A program made the translations under genes and the position numbers. Below the pieces are notes generated by a model that was given only the letters and a program-made list of their open reading frames with translations, made no database searches and was not told where the DNA came from. Below are positions 56,344-64,000 of a stretch of DNA of 64,000 bases, one piece after another. Location of the stretch: contig CAZKYB010000001.1 in assembly GCA_964557045.1 (NCBI GenBank), positions 902 to 64,901 of the forward strand, read 5' to 3'. Each line of letters begins with the position of its first letter. The stretch's first letter is position 1. This DNA is from an uncultured archaeon (GTDB lineage Archaea > Iainarchaeota > Iainarchaeia > Iainarchaeales > VGJJ01).

Positions 56344-57333
56344 ATGACTCCCAACGCGAACGAGTTTGTTGTGCTGATGCCGGCGCGCAATGAGGCTCGA
56401 ACCCTACCTTCGGCCGTTTCGTCCCTGAACGCATCCACGGACATCCCCACGAAGGACATGCACGTATTAGTGTGCGCCAACGCATGCACCGATGATACGG
56501 TAGAAGTCCTCGAGGGATTGAAGACCAAAAATAGGAACATGGACTACATCACCGAGTCCGTTCCGGGTAAGCCGCGCGCGTTGAATGCATTAATCGACAA
56601 GGCTGAACAATCGTATCGCATGGGAAATGATGATTTTGTTATATTTTTGGACGCCAATGCACGCGTGCAACCTGAAACTATCTCTGAATTGACGCAAACC
56701 TTGAAGAAAGACAAGAAGTTGAACGCCATTTCAGCCAATGACATTGCCGCTGCACCCGAAAGCGATTCCATTTTGGAACACATGTTGTTTGGTATTAGTG
56801 AATTATCCCTCTCAACGTTAGCATTGCGCGACCGAAAGGCCTCGTGTACGGCCGTTCGAGGAAAAATGGTTCGAGGAATGCGATTCCCCGAGCATGTCAT
56901 GGCGGATGATTTGTGGATGGCTATGTATTTGGGCATCGACGCCGTGGATACCCATCCCACTGCGACTGTGCAGGTGCAGGGATCCAAGAATTTTTTGGAC
57001 TTTGCCACGAAACGCGTGAGTCACTTGATGGGATTGTATCAATTGGAAGAATTCTATCCCGCACACGAAGTGCGCGCGCATCTTCCTATGGGAACGCACG
57101 AGCATGTGCAAGCGTTGATGGGCGACGAAGAGTTGCAGGATCAATTCATGCAGCTCCCGGATGTCTACAAGGCAGCCACCATTCTGGCGATTCCTATTCA
57201 TGCCGCATTGAAGGTGGCCGCGTGGGTGGGGTATCGATTGTCTCCGCAGAAGCGGAATCATTCGTTACCTATTCCCTCCGCAACTATGACCGCGTCCCGC
57301 TCCTCGAAGCGGAGACACGCATCGTTGGCATAA
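56344..57333 (+). CDS. family 2 glycosyltransferase (GT-A fold)
   Basis: FVVLMPARNEARTLPSAVSSL...VLVCANACTDDTVEVL...GKPRALNALI...FVIFLDANARV...ADDLWM matches the GT2 motif order (NE, D.T, GK..ALN, DxD-like, ED-like). Confidence 0.75.
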   Translation: MTPNANEFVVLMPARNEARTLPSAVSSLNASTDIPTKDMHVLVCANACTDDTVEVLEGLKTKNRNMDYITESVPGKPRALNALIDKAEQSYRMGNDDFVIFLDANARVQPETISELTQTLKKDKKLNAISANDIAAAPESDSILEHMLFGISELSLSTLALRDRKASCTAVRGKMVRGMRFPEHVMADDLWMAMYLGIDAVDTHPTATVQVQGSKNFLDFATKRVSHLMGLYQLEEFYPAHEVRAHLPMGTHEHVQALMGDEELQDQFMQLPDVYKAATILAIPIHAALKVAAWVGYRLSPQKRNHSLPIPSATMTASRSSKRRHASLA

Positions 57334-57369
57334 GGCTGGTTTTTTAGTTCCAGCCTCTTTTTCTTTTTC

Positions 57370-57678
57370 ATGTCCTTCACGTACATTCTCTACCTTCTCT
57401 TCGTGCTTGTAGGTTGTGCGTGCGTGATTTATTTTGGAAAAGTGAAATTCAATTCGCATCAAATTCGCGCCACCGCCCTCTCGCTCATCATCACCGCGTT
57501 CATTTTCATCACGTGGGATATTCTGGCTGTGTCACGCGGGCATTGGTCGTTCGGACTCGAACACACGCTCAACTGGATCATCATCAATCAACCCATTGAG
57601 GAGATCAAGTTCTTCTTGGTAGTTCCACTCTTTGGAATAGCCGTATATCGCTTCGTGAGTGAGAGGAAATCCCGATGA
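57370..57678 (+). CDS. lycopene cyclase domain protein, half-size subunit (CrtYc-like)
   Basis: 102 aa, 3 TM segments. FIFITWDILAVSRGHWSF...NQPIEEIKFFLVVP matches the heterodimeric lycopene beta-cyclase domain pattern (WD...W.F...P.EE..fF). Confidence 0.8.
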   Translation: MSFTYILYLLFVLVGCACVIYFGKVKFNSHQIRATALSLIITAFIFITWDILAVSRGHWSFGLEHTLNWIIINQPIEEIKFFLVVPLFGIAVYRFVSERKSR

Positions 57679-57980
57679 TGGAATACACGCTTGTTGTTGG
57701 AGTCTTCCTTATTTTCCTGGTCCTTCTTGACACCATTCTCAACACGCGCGTACTTCGCCTTTCCAACCGTCCGTTTTGGATAACGGCGCTCATCTTCGCT
57801 GCGTTCCAGTTGGTATTGGATAATTATTTCACCCAGATTGGGATTTGGACGTTCAATCGTGAAGAAGTCATTGGATTATTTGTCCCATTCATTCCAGTTG
57901 AGAACCTGGTGTATGGTTTTGAGCTGCTCGCCCTAACGATTATTCTGTATTCGTTCTTCGCACGTCCGCGCCGAGATTAG
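57675..57980 (+). CDS. lycopene cyclase domain protein, half-size subunit (CrtYd-like)
   Basis: 101 aa, 3 TM segments. QLVLDNYFTQIGIWTF...FIPVENLVYGF. The ATGA overlaps the preceding half. Confidence 0.8.
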   Translation: MMEYTLVVGVFLIFLVLLDTILNTRVLRLSNRPFWITALIFAAFQLVLDNYFTQIGIWTFNREEVIGLFVPFIPVENLVYGFELLALTIILYSFFARPRRD

Positions 57981-59444
57981 AACAAGCGGCATTCCACTCC
58001 CTGGGTGGGTGGACGCCCCCACAAAGAATAGGTTTTGGAACTCCTCACTCTTCTGGTTAGGGCGAAACACGCTGGATTGGAAGAAAATAGGAGAAAGACC
58101 AAACGTACTCCCAAAATGCATCCCTGCCAGGGATTCCCAATCGTCCGGAGTGAATATTTCCATCATCTCCACGTTCTTTTTCAAATCCACTAATCCTCTC
58201 GACTCGAGAGTGTCCAAGATTTTGTGTGAATATTCTTTCTTGTATTCATTCCAGTTCACTTTCTTCCCGTCTTTCTCGGCGGAATAGGGCACGGGAATGA
58301 GGATGTAGAGCAAATGTTTCCCCTTCGGGGCAAGTTTGGGGTTAGTGCGACTGGAGACGTTGATGTAGAGGCTGGGATCCGAGGGGATTTCTTTCGTTCT
58401 AAAAATTTCTTCAAAGTTTCTCTTGTGGTCGCCAGAGAAGAATACGTTGTGGTGTTGGAGCTTCGCATATTCTTTCTTCACTCCCACGTACATCATGAAT
58501 GCCGAGCACCCGTATTGAAGGGCGTTGAGCTTTTTTTCGGTGTATTTCTTCCGTTTTATTTCAGGAACGAGTGAATGGTAGGCGGCAGGAAGGTCCAGGT
58601 TGCTCACGATCATGTCTGCGTGCACTTCTTCTCCGTTTTCGAGTCGAATTCCAATGGCTTTCCCATTTTCGATGAGTATTTCCTTGACTTTCTTCTTGAG
58701 GTGTATTTTCGCCCCTTTTTTCTTGGCGAGTTTCTCAATGGAGTCCACTAATCCTCGGATTCCTTGCTTGGGATACCATACTCCCTGCGTGAATTCCACG
58801 TAGGGAATAATCGAGTATGTTCCGGGTGCAACAAAGGGGCTTTCCCCGATGTACATGCTTTGGAAGCTTATTGCGAGTTTGAGTTTAGTATCCGTGAAGA
58901 ACGTCTCCGCATTCTCCCACATGGAATGGAACCCGTCGAGTCGAAACAAATAGGGGAAATCCCATGACAAGACCAACTCCGCGAGTGATTTAGCGGGTCG
59001 GGTGATGAATCGATCGTATACGATGGAGAATTTCTCCTGTTCGTAGGACAAAAAATCAAGGAAGGATTGGAAATTCTTCTCTGCCGTGGATGAGTGGTAA
59101 CGGAAGAAGGATTCTCTCATGCGAGGAAGAGACGAATGCATGTCTAGGAATGTCTGGTCCGCGTAATGAAGTCGATAAATGGGGTCCAGGGGTTCAATTT
59201 GTATGTGATTGGAGAATTTTTCTCCACAATACGTGAACAGTTCTTCGAATTCCCTCGGCATGAGGAGGAATGTGGGCCCTAAATCAATGGTGTATCCCTT
59301 GATTTTCTTCTCAGCGACTCGTCCTCCGGTGAAGGCGTTCTTCTCATACACGTCAACCGTGTATCCCTTTGTTGAGAGTCGAGCCGCAAGGGCTAGTCCC
59401 CCAATTCCCGCTCCGATGATGAGGACTTTTTTTCCGGGTTCCAT
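57933..59444 (-). CDS. crtI: phytoene desaturase family (CrtI-type) FAD oxidoreductase
   Basis: The dinucleotide fold is KKVLIIGAGIGGLALAARL. GGRV...GPTFLLMP is present. The C-terminal motif is FFVGASTHPGSGMPLVLISA. Confidence 0.88.
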   Translation of the reverse strand: MEPGKKVLIIGAGIGGLALAARLSTKGYTVDVYEKNAFTGGRVAEKKIKGYTIDLGPTFLLMPREFEELFTYCGEKFSNHIQIEPLDPIYRLHYADQTFLDMHSSLPRMRESFFRYHSSTAEKNFQSFLDFLSYEQEKFSIVYDRFITRPAKSLAELVLSWDFPYLFRLDGFHSMWENAETFFTDTKLKLAISFQSMYIGESPFVAPGTYSIIPYVEFTQGVWYPKQGIRGLVDSIEKLAKKKGAKIHLKKKVKEILIENGKAIGIRLENGEEVHADMIVSNLDLPAAYHSLVPEIKRKKYTEKKLNALQYGCSAFMMYVGVKKEYAKLQHHNVFFSGDHKRNFEEIFRTKEIPSDPSLYINVSSRTNPKLAPKGKHLLYILIPVPYSAEKDGKKVNWNEYKKEYSHKILDTLESRGLVDLKKNVEMMEIFTPDDWESLAGMHFGSTFGLSPIFFQSSVFRPNQKSEEFQNLFFVGASTHPGSGMPLVLISARTCEERIQNNR

Positions 59445-59453
59445 AGGAATAGT

Positions 59454-60332
59454 CTATTCCTGGGCCGGGTCTTTTAGTCGTTCCGCTTGGCGGAGGATTT
59501 TGGATATTACTTCCCCGAATATTCCCTTTTTCCGTTCATCAGAGACAATTGCACGTGTAGAGAATACGTCGTACTGGTTCTTTTCTATTTCTCGCAGAAT
59601 TTCACGATAATAGGACAGGCACAGTTCAAGTGCGAGTTGCATCGACGCATCCGTGTGTGAGAGGGCTTTCTCGGCTTCTGCGTAATACATTCGGGCGCGG
59701 GCAATTTGATAGTCCATGAGTGCGCGAAACGCGTGGTTGAGTGTGTGGTTTCGCAGGTCATTAATCGAATATCCGTATTCATTCATCTCATCTAAGGGAA
59801 TATACACGCGTCCTCGGTCCAAGTCTTCTCGAATATCGCGTAAAATGTTCGTTAGTTGCATCCCCGCCCCCAATGACACGGCGGCCGGATAGGAGGATGC
59901 AGGTGCGCCGGAGATGTAGGCCATGAGCAGTCCAGGGATTCCTCCGGCGGCGTAGCAATAGCTGTACAGTTCATCGAAATTCTCGTATTCGTTCTTCGTC
60001 AGGTCCATTTCCAGTCCCTCAATCAGCCCATATCCTAATTCGGTGGGGATTTGATACTCTTTGCACGTGTGCACGTAGGCGTGGAGAATCGAATGTTGGG
60101 GGGTGGGCTCATCCCACTGCAATTGAAGGGCGTGTTTCCAGAGTCGGAGGAGTTTTCGCTTGTATTCAGGGGATCCTTCTCCGTCTACGATGTTGTCAGT
60201 GTAGCGGCAAAATCCGTATAACGCGTACGCAGCATTCTTTTTGTCTTCCGGGAGGAATTGCGCAGCGGAATAGAAGGAGGAGGCGTATTGTTCGCAGAGT
60301 TTGCGCGAGGGTTCATACTCGATGGTAGCCAT
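59454..60332 (-). CDS. crtB: phytoene synthase (squalene/phytoene synthase family)
   Basis: I chose the start at ATG 60332 (MATIEYEPSRKLCEQYASSFYSAAQFLP). YALYGFCRYTDNIVDG (first Asp-rich motif) and NILRDIREDLDRGRVYIP (second) are present. Confidence 0.88.
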   Translation of the reverse strand: MATIEYEPSRKLCEQYASSFYSAAQFLPEDKKNAAYALYGFCRYTDNIVDGEGSPEYKRKLLRLWKHALQLQWDEPTPQHSILHAYVHTCKEYQIPTELGYGLIEGLEMDLTKNEYENFDELYSYCYAAGGIPGLLMAYISGAPASSYPAAVSLGAGMQLTNILRDIREDLDRGRVYIPLDEMNEYGYSINDLRNHTLNHAFRALMDYQIARARMYYAEAEKALSHTDASMQLALELCLSYYREILREIEKNQYDVFSTRAIVSDERKKGIFGEVISKILRQAERLKDPAQE

Positions 60333-60388
60333 TGGATGAATTCCTATTTTCCGAGTTAATAATGAGGAAGGAAAATGAAAAGAGGTTC

Positions 60389-61573
60389 CTACCATCCATA
60401 ATGGGAGGCTCTCGAGTATCCGAATGCGAGGAAGGCGTCGATGACTCCTTTCCTGTAGAGGTCTCGATTCTTCGAGAGGACGTGGATTCCAACCTTCGCC
60501 TTGTCGATGGCCGTGAGGTTGGAGAGTTCGTCCGGCATCAGGTGACCGATGCGGTTGAGTTCGTCTTCGGTGAAATTATACAAGGCCTCTTTTCCTTTGA
60601 TGATTTTGTTATACGAGGGGAATTCCATTTTCCATTTTTTCTCGTACACGCTCAACGTGGCTTTGTCGGTTTTATTTTGCGTGAGTGCATCCCTAGCCAC
60701 TTCCGCGGCCATGCGTCCGGAAACGAGTCCGAGTTGGGTTCCTCCTTCGAACAAGGGAGAGGTAAATCCAGCCGCGTCTCCAATCAAGAGGATTCCATCC
60801 CCCACGGTGTTTTTCACCGGCCCGGAGCTCGGAATAGGTCCGCCGAATGTCTTGACTTTGGTTTTGGTTTCCCATCCCATTTCTTTGACGAATTGGTCCA
60901 AGTAGACTTTGGCTTTGGGAATGTCATGCGTGACCAGTCCCACGTTCGCCCTTCCATCATTTTTGGGGATCATCCAAAGGTATCCTTCGGGTGCGAGCCT
61001 CGGCCATAAGTAAAAGTCCAGGTATCCTTCTTGGGGAATATCCAACAGTTCGTATTGAATTCCCGTGGTGACTTTGAATCGCTCATTCATGTTGAGCATG
61101 CGATTAGCCACTCCGGCGGCGCCGCTTCCATCCAATACGATGCGGGCCTTGACAACCCCTTGCGTGGTTTGAATAACCCAAATGTCATTTTCTCTTGCTA
61201 AGGATGTGACGCGGGTGCTCATGGAGACTTCCGCTCCGGCGTTCTGGGCTTCTCCGGTTAACCATTTTTCAAAGGCGTGTTTTTCCAACACGTATCCGGC
61301 TTCCGTGAGGGTGACTTTGTGGTTATCGGGAAAGACGACCTTGACTCCTTTCACAGGCATGGCGATGACTTCGCTTGGGAACTTCATGTTGACGCGAATC
61401 TCGGCCATTTCACTCAAACATTCTCCGCAGTGCACGGGGTCCCCGACCGTGGCGTGTTCTTCTAAAACAATGGTCTTGAGTCCCTTTTTGGCACAATGCA
61501 ATGCCGCGCTTCCCCCGGCGGGTCCGGCTCCGATGACGGCGACGTCGTAGACGAGGGGGGAATCAATGGTCAT
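60389..61573 (-). CDS. geranylgeranyl reductase family FAD-dependent oxidoreductase
   Basis: I chose the start at ATG 61573 (MTIDSPLVYDVAVIGAGPAGGSAALHCAKKG) behind a TATA box. LLIGDAAGFTSPLFEGG is typical of the GGR/ChlP family. Confidence 0.8.
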   Translation of the reverse strand: MTIDSPLVYDVAVIGAGPAGGSAALHCAKKGLKTIVLEEHATVGDPVHCGECLSEMAEIRVNMKFPSEVIAMPVKGVKVVFPDNHKVTLTEAGYVLEKHAFEKWLTGEAQNAGAEVSMSTRVTSLARENDIWVIQTTQGVVKARIVLDGSGAAGVANRMLNMNERFKVTTGIQYELLDIPQEGYLDFYLWPRLAPEGYLWMIPKNDGRANVGLVTHDIPKAKVYLDQFVKEMGWETKTKVKTFGGPIPSSGPVKNTVGDGILLIGDAAGFTSPLFEGGTQLGLVSGRMAAEVARDALTQNKTDKATLSVYEKKWKMEFPSYNKIIKGKEALYNFTEDELNRIGHLMPDELSNLTAIDKAKVGIHVLSKNRDLYRKGVIDAFLAFGYSRASHYGW

Positions 61574-61596
61574 AGAAGGAGAGGGCAGGAAAAGGC

Positions 61597-61605
61597 CTTT
61601 AAAAT
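61597..61605 (-). promoter_or_regulatory. TATA box for the GGR-crtB-crtI unit
   Basis: Minus-strand ATTTTAAAG lies 24-32 nt upstream of ATG 61573. Confidence 0.4.
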
Positions 61606-61665
61606 CCGCCGGGAGGCCGTTCCAAAACCTATATAGGAGGAGGGGAATGACCCCCCTTCGCTCCA

Positions 61666-62277
61666 TTAATGGTGCATCTTGGCTCGACTTTCGTACATCA
61701 TGGTATTCTGGACCTTTTGTTCAATGTGGTTCCAATGAAGGTTCTTCATGAAGGTCTCGATGTAGGCCTTTCGATTCGTTCCATAGTCCAAAAAGTATGC
61801 GTGCTCGTACACGTCCAGAATTAACACGGTGGAACAGCCCCAGATGGCCCCGTGGTTGTGGACATCACAAATGTAGTTGTGCAGCTTCATGTCTTCCCAG
61901 TCAAAGGCAAGCACGACCCATCCTCGGGCACACAATCCGAGTGCTTTGAATTCGGCTTCCCATTTTTCATAGGAACCAAAGTCTTCCTCAATCATCTTCA
62001 GGAGGCTTCCGGAGGGCTTTCCTCCTTGTCCACCCATGGCGGCAAAGTATCCTTCATGGAGTCGCACGCCGTTCACGGCAAATCCTTCTTCAAGCTTAAG
62101 CTCTCTCAAGTCGGAGTGGGTTCCGTTGGCCTTGGTCAAGTCAACCGTTTTGAGTTTTTCTCGAATCTCATCGGTCTTTTTCACGTAGCCCACGTACAGT
62201 ACGTCGTGGTGCTCGGCGATTTGTTTTTCCGAGAGCCCTTGGAGGCTCTTGTAGGTTAGTGGTTTTGCGTCCGTCAT
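61666..62277 (-). CDS. sod: Fe/Mn-family superoxide dismutase (variant N-terminal motif)
   Basis: C-terminal DVYEHAYFLDYGTNRKAYI matches D.WEHAYY..Y.N.R..Y (Asp/His ligands). The N-terminal motif is AEHHDVLYVGYV instead of HH.KHH..YV. Confidence 0.85.
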   Translation of the reverse strand: MTDAKPLTYKSLQGLSEKQIAEHHDVLYVGYVKKTDEIREKLKTVDLTKANGTHSDLRELKLEEGFAVNGVRLHEGYFAAMGGQGGKPSGSLLKMIEEDFGSYEKWEAEFKALGLCARGWVVLAFDWEDMKLHNYICDVHNHGAIWGCSTVLILDVYEHAYFLDYGTNRKAYIETFMKNLHWNHIEQKVQNTMMYESRAKMHH

Positions 62278-62331
62278 TTGTAAATCAACTCCAACTCTCG
62301 TATTAGGAGGGAAAATGGCTAAAAACCAACC

Positions 62332-62991
62332 TCAGAGGGGGCGGTGAATGAGAAGGACGTATCCCCCAATCATCACTCGGCGTTCATCCGCGTCATGAGT
62401 CACGGGAATGGGCACTTCGACGGCTTGTAATAGGAGCGTACACCCCTCGACTTCGTTTTGGGCGGTCAGGGCATGCAGATCGTGTTCTTCTCTCTCGCTC
62501 ATTTCCCCCACGAATTCAGGCTTTCCTTCCGGGGCCTCTCGCATGCGGATCCAACAATAGGCTCTTCCTCCTTTCTCAAGTGCACGCGCAACTACTGGAA
62601 CAAGGGTTCGAATTCCCCCCATTTGGTGGATGGAACGGAAGGATACGATGAGGTCGCACCGTTCAGGAAAGGTTTGGGTGTGCACGTCTCCTTCAATGAA
62701 TTGGTCAAGTCCCTTTTGCACGACCGGGGGAAGCAGGTCTATTCCCATGGTATGAATGCGCTTCCCGAATAATTCTTTGAGTTTTTGAAGGGCATTGGCA
62801 TTGCCACATCCCACATCCAATATTCGGCACACTTCCTTTCGCCTCAACACTCTTTGAACCAATTGTTCCAGTGTTTGATTTTCTCCTAAGTTTTGAAGAA
62901 ACTGATCGTACAATTCGAGGGAATGATCTCGGATGATGACTCCTTGGGAATATTGGTCCACGTATTTTTGGGCCCTTTGAGAGTAGGACAT
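62332..62991 (-). CDS. class I SAM-dependent methyltransferase
   Basis: Motif I is RILDVGCGNANAL. The acidic post-I segment is IHTMGIDL. Substrate unknown. Confidence 0.7.
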   Translation of the reverse strand: MSYSQRAQKYVDQYSQGVIIRDHSLELYDQFLQNLGENQTLEQLVQRVLRRKEVCRILDVGCGNANALQKLKELFGKRIHTMGIDLLPPVVQKGLDQFIEGDVHTQTFPERCDLIVSFRSIHQMGGIRTLVPVVARALEKGGRAYCWIRMREAPEGKPEFVGEMSEREEHDLHALTAQNEVEGCTLLLQAVEVPIPVTHDADERRVMIGGYVLLIHRPL

Positions 62992-63014
62992 GAAGGGAAT
63001 AGGGGGTGAAATGG

Positions 63015-63443
63015 TTAAAGAAGGGCGCGCTGTTCCGCGGCGAGTTTTTCCTTCAGTTGGGCGATGGGTTCGCGCCCTTCATACCCGGTGTGGGTCTCAT
63101 GATAGTACAAAAGGTCGGGTTCGTCGCACTGCCAGCAGAACATGATGTCTTTCTCTCCTAATTTAGAGTAAAAATCCACTAATCCTTGTTGAACATCTTT
63201 CACGTAACATCCCACTCGAGTCAGGGCTTCCATTTCGGCAAAATATTTGAAGGATAATTCATGATAGCGTTTGTTGATGTTAATGGCAAGCAAGTGAGCC
63301 GTCCAATCCTCGGATTCGGCATGAACTTTGACTCCGGAAAGGGCAGTGAGTTCGTCGTGGATGGTGAGGAGCCGTGTCATGTGGTGCTGAACCTTGGGCA
63401 GGACCTTGCGCGCCTCCTCTAATGTAAAATACTTGTGAGCCAT
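63015..63443 (-). CDS. DUF2203-like protein
   Basis: 142 aa. MAHKYFTLEEARKVLPKVQHHMTRLLTIHDEL... and GCYVKDVQQGLVDFYS...FCWQCDE resemble the DUF2203 pattern. Recalled from memory, not searched. Confidence 0.45.
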   Translation of the reverse strand: MAHKYFTLEEARKVLPKVQHHMTRLLTIHDELTALSGVKVHAESEDWTAHLLAININKRYHELSFKYFAEMEALTRVGCYVKDVQQGLVDFYSKLGEKDIMFCWQCDEPDLLYYHETHTGYEGREPIAQLKEKLAAEQRALL

Positions 63444-63485
63444 TCCCTCGTTGAGCGCAGTGTGCTTTTTATTCCTGCGCGTGGC

Positions 63486-64000
63486 TCATCGCGCCAATCG
63501 CTGGACGAGGGATTTCATTTTGGAGTAGGATGGTCGGGTACGAATCTTTTCCTTCAACTTGGTGTCAATTTTCCCCGGTTGTGTAAGGTGAATAGGATTC
63601 ATCAAGTGGGTCGCTTCTTCTTTCGTGAGTATTTTCTCTTTCACTAAGAGTTCAGACACCGGAATTCCTTCTTTCATGCTTCGTTTCACGACGTGGGCTA
63701 CGACGTCATATCCCAAATATGGATTGAGGGAGGTGGCAGTGGATACCGACGCACTCATCAACGTCTGCATACGCGAAGTAGGCTTCACGCGCACTAAACA
63801 TTTGGTGCGAAACATCCGCAATGCGTTTGTTAAGAGTGAAATAGATTCAAACAAATTCGATCCCATCACGGGAGTCATCACATTGAGTTCAAGTTGGGTG
63901 GCCTCGGATGCTAATCGTATGGTTTCATTGTTTCCTTGGACTTGTAAGCAGACCATTTTCATGGCTTCCAAAATGCTCGGGTTGACTTTCCCCGGCATGA
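63486..64000 (-). CDS. class II fumarate hydratase / aspartase-family lyase, C-terminal part (gene runs off the right edge)
   Basis: The window-edge sequence (I)MPGKVNPSILEAMKMV is the end of the GSSxMPxKxNP lyase_1 signature, and the frame is open to position 64000. EA..MV is closer to FumC than to AspA. There is a basic C-terminal extension of about 25 aa. Confidence 0.75.
   Translation of the reverse strand, partial: MPGKVNPSILEAMKMVCLQVQGNNETIRLASEATQLELNVMTPVMGSNLFESISLLTNALRMFRTKCLVRVKPTSRMQTLMSASVSTATSLNPYLGYDVVAHVVKRSMKEGIPVSELLVKEKILTKEEATHLMNPIHLTQPGKIDTKLKEKIRTRPSYSKMKSLVQRLAR

Overview
This is a densely coded archaeal chromosome segment, with about 90% of genes on the minus strand. 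I saw no rRNA, CRISPR array, transposase or integrase.

The core is the classical archaeal information-processing super-cluster:
- rps2-rpoN-rps9-rpl13-rpl18e-tRNA(Leu)-rpoD-rps11-rps4-rps13 (14.6-19.4 kb).
- rpl14e-rpl34e-DUF106(Oxa1-like)-secY and the full spc/S10 block down to rpl3 (19.4-34.5 kb), which includes the SUI1 gene and rnp1.
- rps10-tuf ... fusA ... rps7-rps12-rpl30e (39.8-47.5 kb).
- rpoA2-rpoA1-rpoB1-rpoB2-rpoH with split B and A subunits (48.4-55.8 kb).

The flanks carry hisS (partial), an AbrB-like gene, tRNA-Arg(GCG), a RibD_C/DHFR-like reductase, map, polB and purF. The right end carries a carotenoid cluster (GT2, two half-size lycopene cyclase genes, crtI, crtB, a geranylgeranyl-reductase-family gene), then Fe/Mn SOD, a SAM methyltransferase, a DUF2203-like gene and the 3' part of a class II fumarase-type lyase.

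Second-look items, all hypotheses from reading the sequence only:
1. An eight-gene block of unknown function between polB and purF (8.5-12.9 kb). It is built around a HerA/FtsK-like protein whose Walker A lysine is missing. It also holds two coiled-coil proteins, a basic protein and a three-gene operon of small membrane proteins, one with a chaperonin-like GGM-repeat tail.
2. uS12 has substitutions in both normally invariant decoding-centre loops (PNSA to PHSG, GDIPGVR to GSQWGVK).
3. Low-complexity extensions on ribosomal proteins: an RGG-repeat N-terminus on uS5 like that of eukaryotic uS5, a K/A/P-rich tail on eL32 resembling linker histone H1, and a K/E-rich tail on uL23.
4. An acidic three-repeat surface protein next to a 535-aa proline-rich, probably disordered protein.
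5. Lineage-specific basic ORFs and unrelated genes interrupt the otherwise conserved str/rpo arrangement, and nusA, adk and cmk are absent from their usual slots.

First genes of transcription units have a TATA-like box 21-32 nt upstream of the ATG, which suggests leaderless mRNAs. Internal operon genes have GGAGG/GGTGA Shine-Dalgarno motifs. I used this to correct several ORF-track starts.
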